Both the position numbers and the translations under genes were made by a program. A stretch of 64,000 bases of DNA. It comes from Candidatus Bathyarchaeota archaeon. Its GTDB lineage: Archaea; Thermoproteota; Bathyarchaeia; Bathyarchaeales; Bathyarchaeaceae. How positions within the stretch are numbered: the first letter of the stretch is position 1; every line of letters starts with the position of its first letter. This document shows, in pieces, positions 34,830 through 43,502 of the stretch. The notes beneath the pieces were generated by a model that searched no databases, was not told where the DNA came from, and saw only the letters and a list, made by a program, of their open reading frames with translations. The stretch covers positions 16,551 to 80,550 of the forward strand of contig JASFHP010000005.1 of NCBI GenBank assembly GCA_050123155.1, read 5' to 3'.

Positions 34830-36431
34830 TCAGCTGTTAGGTTTTTTGTTTTTTCTTATTCGGGTTAAACAGAACAGAATTGTTACGATTGCTATGGCGG
34901 CTATGCCTATTGCAGCAACGATCACATGCCAAGTCGAAGGGGTACCGGAGTCGGTGTCAGGAACTGAATCGGGACCATCATCAGAAGTTGAGTCGGTTAC
35001 ATTTACTGTAAAAAAGATAGGTTCTGACGTTCCAACGTTTTCAGAATCATCATTCGCATATACGATGAGAGAATGCGAGCCATCTGTTAACCCTGTCAAA
35101 GTTGTTGCAGTTTCTGTTATGGTCACGTTGTCTTGCCAATCTAAGCTATAACCCATCCACGAAACATCCTCATCAACAGTAAACGCCAAAGTAACATAAT
35201 CTGTGGTGTATGTCTGGTTAGACGGCGAATCAACAATTACAGTGGGAGAAAATATGTCTGGAAAATTGAACCCGATACCAACACCGTATTCGTCAGTCAT
35301 AATTGACCAAATACCATAGGTAGTAGTGGAATACATGGGACCAGCTATTACGTATCCGCTATCAGTATGCTCAACCAACAAACCAATATCATATGCATAG
35401 GTTTGGTTCCACTCCTCGTTTCCATCCGCATCAGTTTTAACCAAAAACCCGTCGTCGTCTGCTAGTACGTATCCGCCATCACTAGTCTCAACCAACAAAC
35501 GAGCCCCATCATAAACTCCAGATCTTCCGTATGTCTGGTTCCACTCCAATTTCCCAAACCTATTAGTTTTAACTAACCAGAAATCTTGTCCACTATCGTC
35601 AAGGGAACTTGTTTCACCAGCTATTGCATATCCGCCATCAGAAGTCTCAACCAGCGCGTAAGCATAATCATAATCAGACTGTCTATATGATTGATTCCAC
35701 TTGGCATTCCCAAACTCGTCAGTTTTAACCAACCAGAAACGATATGGAATAGGAAGGCTTCTATCACCATGATACGAATAACCTGCCAGTGCGTATCCGC
35801 CATCAGAAGTCACGACCAAAGAAGTAATACGACCAGCTATTTCTCTGCTGTATGTTCGGTTCCACTCTTGGTTTCCATCCGCATCAGTCTTAACCAACCA
35901 AAATTTCTCGCTATCATACGAGTCAATATCCCCAAAAGAACATGTGGAACCAGCAATCGCAAAACCGTCATCAGGAGTCACAACCAAAGAGAAGGCGTCT
36001 TCATTCAATCCTCCCCCAAATGTTTGGTTCCATTCAACATTCCCCGACGCATCAGTTTTAACCAACCAAAAATCAACGTTTCCAGCACCAAAAGAAGTTG
36101 TGGAGCCAGCAATTACGTAGCCTCCATCAGAAACCGCGACCACAGAACGAGCCCGTTCGTTACCTGGTCCCCCGTATGTTCTGCTCCACTCAATGGTTCC
36201 AGAAGCATCAAATTTGGTCAAAAAAGCATCATAACTGCGCGCCCAAGAGAAACTTGTCTCACCAGCTACAGCATATCCGCCATCAGAAGTCCCAATTAAC
36301 GAATTAACCAATCCCCCATCATATGTTTGAGCCCACACTGAAGAATCGGCTCCAAACAGAACAACAAAACCAGCACTCGTCAAAACAGAAATCAACAAAC
36401 ATGAAACAAACAGATTTCTACGCACCAACAT
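34830..36431 (-). CDS. Secreted, C-terminally anchored repeat protein (~8 tandem ~45-aa 'DGGY..AG.T...D.WLVKTD..G...WN.TYG' repeats)
   Basis: The start is set at ATG 36431, giving signal-like MLVRRNLFVSCLLISVLTSAGFVVLFG. Repeats are visible by eye. The C-terminus has a Ser/Thr/Asp-rich linker, a TM helix VIVAAIGIAAIAIVTILFCL and a basic tail. The track start at 36518 is probably an over-extension. Confidence 0.75.
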   Translation of the reverse strand: MLVRRNLFVSCLLISVLTSAGFVVLFGADSSVWAQTYDGGLVNSLIGTSDGGYAVAGETSFSWARSYDAFLTKFDASGTIEWSRTYGGPGNERARSVVAVSDGGYVIAGSTTSFGAGNVDFWLVKTDASGNVEWNQTFGGGLNEDAFSLVVTPDDGFAIAGSTCSFGDIDSYDSEKFWLVKTDADGNQEWNRTYSREIAGRITSLVVTSDGGYALAGYSYHGDRSLPIPYRFWLVKTDEFGNAKWNQSYRQSDYDYAYALVETSDGGYAIAGETSSLDDSGQDFWLVKTNRFGKLEWNQTYGRSGVYDGARLLVETSDGGYVLADDDGFLVKTDADGNEEWNQTYAYDIGLLVEHTDSGYVIAGPMYSTTTYGIWSIMTDEYGVGIGFNFPDIFSPTVIVDSPSNQTYTTDYVTLAFTVDEDVSWMGYSLDWQDNVTITETATTLTGLTDGSHSLIVYANDDSENVGTSEPIFFTVNVTDSTSDDGPDSVPDTDSGTPSTWHVIVAAIGIAAIAIVTILFCLTRIRKNKKPNS

Positions 36432-36515
36432 CTCTCCATTGAATATACACTTGCCGAAAACAAGAAAAGCTTTGCGATTAAACCCGCTTTCTCGAATACA
36501 CAGCAAAACATCAAT

Positions 36516-36578
36516 CATATTAGGAGACTAATAGAGGTAGATTGTTGAAAACAGTGTTTTTTCTGGAAATGTGAAGGC
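36516..36578 (+). repeat. Dispersed intergenic repeat, copy 2
   Basis: CATATTAGGAGACTAATAGAGGTAGATTGTTGAAAACAGTGTTTTTTCTGGAAATGTGAAGG. About 85% identical to copy 1 by eye, and it ends 10 nt from the tRNA-Glu 3' end. Confidence 0.85.
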
Positions 36579-36587
36579 AATAATTTT

Positions 36588-36665
36588 TGGTGCTCCGGCC
36601 GGGATTCGAACCCGGGTCTCCGGCTCGAAAGGCCGGAATACTTAGCCAGACTATACTACCGGAGC
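36588..36665 (-). tRNA. tRNA-Glu (anticodon UUC) with genomically encoded CCA
   Basis: Minus strand GCTCCGG-TA-GTATAGTCTGGCTAAGTAT-T-CCGGC-CTTTCGA-GCCGG-AGAC-CCGGG-TTCGAAT-CCCGG-CCGGAGC-A-CCA. It has a 7-bp acceptor stem, a 5-bp anticodon stem, the loop CU-UUC-GA, and a T-loop TTCGAAT. Confidence 0.92.
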
Positions 36666-36718
36666 CTAAGCCAGAGCATCAACCACATAAAACATACATA
36701 CGTTTTAACCTTTCTCCA

Positions 36719-37996
36719 TCAGAAAGATATCTTAGCCGAGGAAGGAGTTCCGCCTATAACCTTCGCCGAAGCAGCACTCACCTCATCCACGTACTTTTCG
36801 TCTGTGTACACCCTGAGGATGTTGATGAAGCCTTTGAGAACATCAAACACCGAAGATATGTCGCTCAGCCGCAGAGGAACCCTCTCTCCTGTCCGGGTCT
36901 TCTGGAAAACAGGAATCTCCATAGGCTCAAGCAATTCAGAGTGATGATACGGCACCGAGGGAACTGTGGGCACATCAATCACAATGGTTTCAGGCTCAAC
37001 TCCCGCCTCTGACGCAATCTTGTTTCTCATCTGCTCCCGAACCTCGTCGACGCTGAAGATGCTGGGCACCATCTTTTCTCGAGCGTAGAAAGTTCTGTCG
37101 TAGGCGCACTTGAGGAGCCTGCGCCTCTCCAAGTTCTCCATTATTCCTCTAGACTTTTCGCATTCTCTCAGTTTGGTCCAAACAGTGTAGTCATTCAAGG
37201 CCAAGTAATCCTGAGGAGAATCAAAGTCCACCAAACCCAGCTCATCCTTTGCTTTCTCCATGGCTGTGGCAAGCATTATCTGAGCGGCTCTTCCAACACG
37301 GTGAAAGTAGATGCTTCTGAACGATTCCAACCTCGCCAACACAAAAGATTCAAGCGCTGACAGGGCTCCCACGTCAACAGCAAGATTTTCGCCCAGAACA
37401 TCCAGCATGTTGATGAGACGAAAAACATCTACATACCCATATTCTGCCCCGGTGTGATGGGTGTCCCTCACCACGAAATCGAGCTTGTCAACGTCTACAG
37501 TGCTTTGAATGACCTGATCCAAGAATGCTTTCCCTTTTCTCCGTAGTTCTCCAACCGCAAGTTTTGCCACCGCATCTGGGTCGTATCCCAGTTCACTGAT
37601 GATGTCCCGTAACTCAGATTTTTGGATAAGCCAGCGGGTCATATCCTCATGGGTTTTGTTCAGGAACTTCACGAGAAGATGCTCAAAAACGTGGGAGAAT
37701 GGACCGTGACCCACATCGTGGAGAAGAGCGGCCATTCTGACTGTTTGAATTTCCTCTTCCGAAAGAAGCGGAGAAATATTCTGATTTTCCGTTAACTTGC
37801 CTGCGAGATACATGACTCCGATGGAGTGCTCGAAGCGAGTGTGGTTTGCTCCTGAATACACGAACTCTGACCCCGCCAACTGCCTTAGCCGGTGAAGCCG
37901 TTGAAAAGGGTAAGAGTCGATGAGCCGCTTCTCTGCTTCGGTGATGTAAACATAGCCGTGAACCGGGTCTTTGATTTCCCCCCAGTATCGCCGCAT
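36719..37996 (-). CDS. HD-domain phosphohydrolase (dGTPase/SAMHD1-like dNTP triphosphohydrolase family)
   Basis: FEHSIGVMYLA.., AALLHDVGHGPFSHVFE, DKLDFVVRD. Length is 425 aa. Confidence 0.8.
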   Translation of the reverse strand: MRRYWGEIKDPVHGYVYITEAEKRLIDSYPFQRLHRLRQLAGSEFVYSGANHTRFEHSIGVMYLAGKLTENQNISPLLSEEEIQTVRMAALLHDVGHGPFSHVFEHLLVKFLNKTHEDMTRWLIQKSELRDIISELGYDPDAVAKLAVGELRRKGKAFLDQVIQSTVDVDKLDFVVRDTHHTGAEYGYVDVFRLINMLDVLGENLAVDVGALSALESFVLARLESFRSIYFHRVGRAAQIMLATAMEKAKDELGLVDFDSPQDYLALNDYTVWTKLRECEKSRGIMENLERRRLLKCAYDRTFYAREKMVPSIFSVDEVREQMRNKIASEAGVEPETIVIDVPTVPSVPYHHSELLEPMEIPVFQKTRTGERVPLRLSDISSVFDVLKGFINILRVYTDEKYVDEVSAASAKVIGGTPSSAKISF

Positions 37997-38083
37997 AGGG
38001 AACGTTTCTCCTCAGCCTTGTCAATCTAGAGCATCATTATTTAAGTTCATCGATAATTAAAAGGGTAGAGGCTGAACCACACA

Positions 38084-38689
38084 GTGAAGAAGGGAATATT
38101 CGTCTGCATCGAAGGCTTGGATGGAAGCGGAAAAACCACCCACGCCTACCGGCTTGTGCAGAACCTGCAGAAAAGAGGATTCAACGCTGTCTACACCACT
38201 GAGCCTGGGCGGGGAGAACTGGGAAAATTTATTCGTGCATCGGTTTTGCAGGGGAAGAAGCGGGTGCCCAGAGTTGTGGAGGCGGTTCTTTTTGCGGTTG
38301 ACCGTGTTGAGCATCTGGAGAAGGATGTGAAGCCGGCGTTGATGGCGGGGAAGGTTGTGGTTTCGGACAGGTGCGTGTACTCGTCTCTTGCGTATCAGGG
38401 GGCGGCGGGGCTGGACCTGAAATGGATTGAGGAGATTAACAGGTTTGCTCTTCCACCTGATTTGGCGTTGTATATTGATGTGCCGCCTGAGGTTGTGGTG
38501 AAGAGGATACGGCGGAAGAAGTCTGTTATGGAGAGGCTGGAGACCCAACGGAGAGTAAAAGAGGTTTACATGAAGTTTGTGGACAACGGAAATCTCATTT
38601 CTATCGACGGGGACAGAAAGAAAAGCGAAGTAGAACAAAACATTCTGAAGGTAATCCTAGATTTTCTGGAGAATCATAAAACATCTTGA
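38084..38689 (+). CDS. tmk: Thymidylate kinase
   Basis: GIFVCIEGLDGSGKTT P-loop, SDRCVYSSLAYQG, and a LID-like RIRRKK. GTG start. The overlapping minus-strand 193-aa ORF is rejected. Confidence 0.88.
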   Translation: MKKGIFVCIEGLDGSGKTTHAYRLVQNLQKRGFNAVYTTEPGRGELGKFIRASVLQGKKRVPRVVEAVLFAVDRVEHLEKDVKPALMAGKVVVSDRCVYSSLAYQGAAGLDLKWIEEINRFALPPDLALYIDVPPEVVVKRIRRKKSVMERLETQRRVKEVYMKFVDNGNLISIDGDRKKSEVEQNILKVILDFLENHKTS

Positions 38690-38726
38690 CCAAACGGTTC
38701 GTTGTTGATGAAAAGTTCTGCGAAGT

Positions 38727-39305
38727 TTAGACGATGTATGGTTGGTTTGGTTTTTCTAGGTCTTTAATGAGTTCCATGGCTTGCTTAGACGCGGGCATGC
38801 CAGTTAATGGGATTCCCTTGAGGAGAGACCAGGGAGTGTTTTCAGCCAATGTTGTGGCTATGTGGTCTTCCCCGAAACATTGCTTTGATATATCATAAAC
38901 TAGGGAGCGGACCTCAGCCTCTGAGATGTGCCCCAACGCGTGAAGGTACTCGTGGGTTAAGATGCTGTAAACGAAAGCGTTAACAAGCTTCTTCGACTTT
39001 GTCACCGCCTCCACAATGTTGACCAGTCTCCTGTTCAGAACAATGTTGTTTGTGCCCAGCTGATGGTACGCACCCAAATGAAGAGGCAAATCATCCAAGA
39101 AAAGCAACATACCCCGTCTATGCTCGCCTAAACAAACTTGAACGGTTTCCTTAACTATCTCCCAAATTCCGCGGAAGCCCTCAGCATCGTCAATCCTTAA
39201 ACAGTAATTCTCAACCATAGGTAACTCTTTTTCGGTCTTCGACTCTTCGTCTCTCCTGAGACGATCTGGTTGAAAGCTTACGGAAGCCAATTTTATCGCG
39301 ATCAT
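38727..39305 (-). CDS. Putative zinc metallopeptidase-like protein (HExxH)
   Basis: SILTHEYLHALGHI contains HEYLH followed by G-H. The likely true start is ATG 39218 (MVENYCLRIDD..). Confidence 0.5.
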   Translation of the reverse strand: MIAIKLASVSFQPDRLRRDEESKTEKELPMVENYCLRIDDAEGFRGIWEIVKETVQVCLGEHRRGMLLFLDDLPLHLGAYHQLGTNNIVLNRRLVNIVEAVTKSKKLVNAFVYSILTHEYLHALGHISEAEVRSLVYDISKQCFGEDHIATTLAENTPWSLLKGIPLTGMPASKQAMELIKDLEKPNQPYIV

Positions 39306-39386
39306 TATTACCTTCTAGTAACTTCTCACTATTTATACATATCACTTCTTGGCGCCACATTATATCGCCGAAAGCATCCCAACCTA

Positions 39387-39920
39387 TTATAAGCTGACTT
39401 TCTTGAAATCCCCAAAAAACAGCGGCATCAACTGCCTCTGGGGCAACTCAACGTTTATTTGTTTAACCAAAAACTCTGTCAAGTCATCTAAGGGAACCCG
39501 CTGCGTTCCCTTCTCATGGCGAATCCTCAGTTCCAAGCTGCCTTCTTGGAATGAGAAACGGAGCACACAATAATCGAACTTCAATGGAACCCGTTTACCG
39601 CCATCCCTGACACTGTGATAACAGACAGCGAAGAAAAAATCTAAAGTCTCCAACTCTGTTTCGTCAACGCTCTTCAGGCACTGCTCAAGCTCCTTCTGGT
39701 CCAAAAAATTGAAGCCAGCGCCATCAGCCACGCCGAACTCGAAACGGACCTCGCAATTCTGTTTCAAATAGGGAGTTACGGCGCCCAAATCAAAGGTTTC
39801 CTGATTCAGACGATGAAAGGTGCAGAGAATAGCCTTCTGGACCTCTTTAGCTGAGTCATGATACTCAAAAAGGGTTATACCGTGAACGTTTTCGGGAAAA
39901 TTTTCGTAACGCCCAAGCAA
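39387..39920 (-). CDS. Conserved hypothetical protein
   Basis: 177-aa ORF with globular-looking composition, co-directional with its neighbours. No motif recognised. Confidence 0.5.
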   Translation of the reverse strand: MLGRYENFPENVHGITLFEYHDSAKEVQKAILCTFHRLNQETFDLGAVTPYLKQNCEVRFEFGVADGAGFNFLDQKELEQCLKSVDETELETLDFFFAVCYHSVRDGGKRVPLKFDYCVLRFSFQEGSLELRIRHEKGTQRVPLDDLTEFLVKQINVELPQRQLMPLFFGDFKKVSL

Positions 39921-39942
39921 CCCAAACGCCTTTTGTTCCGGA

Positions 39943-40293
39943 TTAGGATGACTTTTTCATCTTTCGTATCCTTTCAAGATTCTCCAGAAGAGTTGACAGG
40001 GTGGCTCCAAGGCTGTTAAGTTTCTCTGCATCCGTTTCTTCTGCAAGCTGTTTCTCTATCGCCTGAATCTTAACTAGGATTGTTGATTCCAGACTAGAGA
40101 ATTTATCACCCTCTGGTTCCGGCTCTCCCTCTCGGACAATCATGACCCGCTTTTGGCAGCTGGCGCACCACAGGTTTCCGCTTCTTAGTTTGAAGAGAGG
40201 TGAAGCACAGGCTGGACAGGAATGCTCGGTGAGGGTGGCTCCCTGCCTAAGCAAGTCCGCCATAGCTTTGATGTTTTTTGAATCTTTAGTCAC
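39943..40293 (-). CDS. UPF0148-type zinc-ribbon protein (autoantigen p27-like)
   Basis: CPACASPLFKLRSGNLWCASCQKRV zinc ribbon after a helical N-terminus, with a coiled-coil C-terminus. Length is 116 aa. Confidence 0.65.
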   Translation of the reverse strand: MTKDSKNIKAMADLLRQGATLTEHSCPACASPLFKLRSGNLWCASCQKRVMIVREGEPEPEGDKFSSLESTILVKIQAIEKQLAEETDAEKLNSLGATLSTLLENLERIRKMKKSS

Positions 40294-40491
40294 GTCAAAC
40301 CCTTCTGAACAAGCTTTACGGTTTAGAGAATATATTTTTGCCGTCAGTTAATTAACTATCTATTCCGTGTTTCATCTAGAAACTGATTATTGAATGATTT
40401 ATGCTCCGTAAACGGTATAAATCGCCGCCTATTTATAGGATAAGAATAAATAGGTTACATCTCGTTTAAGCATGTTAATGGAGGCTTCTAT

Positions 40492-40770
40492 ATGGTTAGA
40501 AAAAAGAAATTACAGGAATATGAGGAGAGAATAGGAGAAGCCATGAATGTTCTTGGCATGGTTTCCGAAGACACCACCACTCCAAGAAACATAAGAAGAG
40601 CCGCGAAACAAGCAATCTCAGCCCTACAGGTCTCCGAAAACACCCCCGCAGTCAGAGCAGCCAACGCCATATCCATTCTGGACGAGATTCTGCAGGACCC
40701 CAACATGCCCCCCTACACCAGAGTGAAGCTCTGGAATGTGATGAGCCTACTTGAAGCCATAAAAGACTGA
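40492..40770 (+). CDS. UPF0147-family small helical protein
   Basis: ..EDTTTPRNIRRAAKQAI..L........R.ANAISILDEI..DPNMP.YTR..LW is the signature as I recall it for archaeal UPF0147. GGAGG lies 8 nt upstream of the ATG. Confidence 0.65.
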   Translation: MVRKKKLQEYEERIGEAMNVLGMVSEDTTTPRNIRRAAKQAISALQVSENTPAVRAANAISILDEILQDPNMPPYTRVKLWNVMSLLEAIKD

Positions 40771-40968
40771 AACCCCGGCAGGACTATCCGTGCATGTTTT
40801 CTTTCACACCCAATTCCTTACAGGCACCATAACAGCGGAAGCTTCACCCGTTTTCATTCGAATCTTGTTTAGGTTTTTTGGAGTTTTGCATGCCTAAAAG
40901 CTTTTGACAGACTTACATCCACCTTATTAGCTGGATTGGGTATTGCAGAAATTCTGAAAGGATGAGAT

Positions 40969-41607
40969 ATGAACAAGTTCAACAGGGACATAGAGATTCT
41001 ATTGGCAAAGTTGAACAGTGACACAGACGAAGAAGCACAGAAAAAACTGGTTGCGCTAAGGGATAAGCTGATTCGCTTGCATGAAGAGAACGTTGTCAAG
41101 ATCAACCACTCAGTCATGGAGCTGGTATGCGCTAAGCACCTGATTCTTAAGGGTTACGAAGTGGACATTGAGCGCCCAATAGATGGACTGGTATGTGACC
41201 TGTACGGCGTGAAGGGGTTAGGATCCCACATCGTTGAGGTGGAGACCGGTTTCATTCCCCCAAGTCATGCTCTTGACCCCGCCAACTACCGCAAATCAAG
41301 GATATCCAGCAAAATAATCCGATATGGCAACCACTCAGACAAGTTTGCCTTAGGCGTGCCACCTTACTATCTGCTGCAGATTCCCGATATCTTGGTTAAA
41401 CCTCCCAGAGACAGAACCCCCAAAGATTTGAAGTATCTCAAAACCCTCTGTGACCTCTACTACAAGAATCCGCCCGTTAGCCTCGAAGAAATCAGAAACG
41501 CGCGCATCCACAACATCTACATAATAGACGTGGACGAAATAACCATAAAGGAAGCTGACCCTGCAACCTACCTGAAAAAACGGGACAGCTTTTCGCTGCC
41601 AACATAA
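40969..41607 (+). CDS. Hypothetical protein with a possible PD-(D/E)xK (Hjc/restriction-endonuclease-like) core
   Basis: ELVCAKHLILKGYEVDIERPIDGLVCDLYGVKGLGSHIVEVETG resembles the E...D...(E/D)xK nuclease fold order, but the final Lys is Thr. Confidence 0.45.
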   Translation: MNKFNRDIEILLAKLNSDTDEEAQKKLVALRDKLIRLHEENVVKINHSVMELVCAKHLILKGYEVDIERPIDGLVCDLYGVKGLGSHIVEVETGFIPPSHALDPANYRKSRISSKIIRYGNHSDKFALGVPPYYLLQIPDILVKPPRDRTPKDLKYLKTLCDLYYKNPPVSLEEIRNARIHNIYIIDVDEITIKEADPATYLKKRDSFSLPT

Positions 41608-41694
41608 AAAAGGAAAAGCAAAAAGTTTTCTCCGAGGCTTGTGCTGCTAAGCTTCTTATATGCTGTGCACCAAGTTTAGGTTGGTGAACTTGTA

Positions 41695-42477
41695 ATGGTG
41701 ACAGTTTCCTCGAATCTGATAAACGATCATCTGGATGAACCGAAGGTTGAGCAGATGTTTCGGTTGCTGGAAACCGATTTGGAGGTCCAGAATACTCTCC
41801 GCATGTCGAACGTGATGGCTGTTAAACGTTTGAAATATAATGACCACGGTCCGGTTCACTCCAAAATAGTTGCGGGAAGTGCCCTAGAAATTTTTGAACT
41901 CTTAATTCAAGAAGCCACACCTACAACGGTCCAAAACAAAGTTTGCTCTCTTGAAGACGCCAAAGTCGTTGTCTTATGTGGGTCATATCTGCACGACGTG
42001 GGGAACAGTGTTCATCGGATCGACCATCATTTCCACAGCTGTGTGATAGCCAACCCCATCTTGGACAGACTTCTGAAGAAGGTTTATCCCGAAGACCCGG
42101 CTTTGGCGGTGAGGCTGAAGTCTGAGATACTGAACTGCATCTTTTCTCATGAAGATGAAGTTGACTGTTTGAGCTTGGAGGCTGGAGTGGCGAAGATAGC
42201 TGATGGGACGGATATGGCTCGGGGAAGGACCAGAATTCCTTACAGAACAGGCAAAGTGGACATTCACTCGCTTTCCGCTTTATCCATAACCAAGGTGGAG
42301 ATTGAGAAGGGAAAACGGAAGCCTGTTCAAATCTTGGTTAACATGAACAATCCTGCGGGCGTCTTCCAGATAGAAGAGGTGCTGGAGAAGAAACTGAAAA
42401 CTTCAGGCATACAGGATTTGGTTGACGTTATAGCCGTAGAAAAAGGAGTGCAAATAAGAAGAAAAAAAGTTCACTAA
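41695..42477 (+). CDS. HD-domain metal-dependent phosphohydrolase
   Basis: HGPVHSKIVAG.. and GSYLHDVGNSVHRIDHH (H..HD motif). Length is 260 aa. Confidence 0.7.
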   Translation: MVTVSSNLINDHLDEPKVEQMFRLLETDLEVQNTLRMSNVMAVKRLKYNDHGPVHSKIVAGSALEIFELLIQEATPTTVQNKVCSLEDAKVVVLCGSYLHDVGNSVHRIDHHFHSCVIANPILDRLLKKVYPEDPALAVRLKSEILNCIFSHEDEVDCLSLEAGVAKIADGTDMARGRTRIPYRTGKVDIHSLSALSITKVEIEKGKRKPVQILVNMNNPAGVFQIEEVLEKKLKTSGIQDLVDVIAVEKGVQIRRKKVH

Positions 42478-42514
42478 AGCCCAATTTACGAAATTTTCTA
42501 ACAGTTTGTTGCCT

Positions 42515-42580
42515 CCTATTAGGAGCCTAATAACAGTGTATTGTTGAAAAACAGCTTTTTCTGCTATAGAAATTGAGAAA
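42515..42580 (+). repeat. Dispersed intergenic repeat, copy 3
   Basis: CCTATTAGGAGCCTAATAACAGTGTATTGTTGAAAAACAGCTTTTTCTGCTATAGAAATTGAG. It lies between the convergent HD and YegP genes. Confidence 0.8.
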
Positions 42581-42626
42581 AAAGGAGGAAGATAGGGTGA
42601 TGCCGGATAGTTGGAATTATCGCCTG

Positions 42627-43394
42627 TTAAGGTTTCTTTCTTAGGTAGAAGAGAACTCTGATTCTGTAAGTGTCGGTTTGTGATGGATTATACTTTTCGT
42701 TTCCTCCGAATCTGGCGAAAACCTCTACGGAGTCATCCCACCAGTCCTGCTGTTTCGCTTTCCAGTCTATACTGAAATCTCCATCTTTGTTTGTCATTCC
42801 AGAGACAAGCACATCGTTACCCATGAAAGATCTGTCTCTCTCGTAAATGTCGATTTTTGCGTCTCCTACCCCTTTACTGGCGTCGCTGGTCATCAGCTTT
42901 CCTTCGAAAGTTACTATCGAATTCAAATCTACGCTAGTGGGAGGACAAGACATCTTAAGAGTAGTGTCCACTGCACCAGCGGCTGGTTGCATCGGAGCTT
43001 CAGCCACTTCCTCCATAACCTGATCCACAGTCAAGTCGTCTATCTCTGCGTCGCAACTTTTTTGCACTGCCTCGATTCCATTCATGCAGCCCTGTTTGCT
43101 TTCATACGCTTCACTGGCTGCAATTATCTCTCCGTTAGGAGCACTCAAATTGAATCTGAACTTTGAAGCTACATCAGTGAAAACCACATATTTGGGGTGC
43201 GGCAGCGTCTCTGCTCCAATTGTCGTGTCTTCTATTTTGGAGTCACAATTCTTTTGTACAGATTTTACGCCGTTCATGCAACCTGCCTTGCTCTCATAGG
43301 CTTCACTAACAGCCACTATTTTGTTGTTTGCTGCGACAAGTCTGAATCTAAATTTGCCTGCGATGTCCTTGTATACCTGATATTTTGCTTTCAA
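42627..43394 (-). CDS. Tandem YegP (DUF1508) domain protein with a C-terminal beta-sandwich-like domain
   Basis: Two repeats, KFRFRLVAANNKIVAVSEAYESKAGCMNGVKSVQKN and KFRFNLSAPNGEIIAASEAYESKQGCMNGIEAVQKS. The C-terminal ~110 aa resembles a carboxypeptidase-regulatory/prealbumin-like domain. Confidence 0.7.
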   Translation of the reverse strand: MKAKYQVYKDIAGKFRFRLVAANNKIVAVSEAYESKAGCMNGVKSVQKNCDSKIEDTTIGAETLPHPKYVVFTDVASKFRFNLSAPNGEIIAASEAYESKQGCMNGIEAVQKSCDAEIDDLTVDQVMEEVAEAPMQPAAGAVDTTLKMSCPPTSVDLNSIVTFEGKLMTSDASKGVGDAKIDIYERDRSFMGNDVLVSGMTNKDGDFSIDWKAKQQDWWDDSVEVFARFGGNEKYNPSQTDTYRIRVLFYLRKKP

Positions 43395-43502
43395 AACATT
43401 TCCCCTGCATTAACTACTGTGCATTAGATTAATAAAAAAGGTTTTCTGCTGAGTTTTCCCTAATCTCTGCACTGTTGTTATCCGAAAATTCTGGGTTTAG
43501 GT

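Noticed and set aside
34738-36665. Integrated mobile element at tRNA-Glu
   Set aside because: There is no integrase, transposase or plasmid/viral gene. The direct repeat does not include tRNA sequence, and the same repeat occurs at two unrelated loci. The idea is kept only as a low-key cassette hypothesis.
38057-38638. 193-aa minus-strand ORF overlapping tmk
   Set aside because: The plus-strand frame has an unmistakable thymidylate kinase P-loop and LID. The minus-strand product is low-complexity and Arg/Pro/His-rich.
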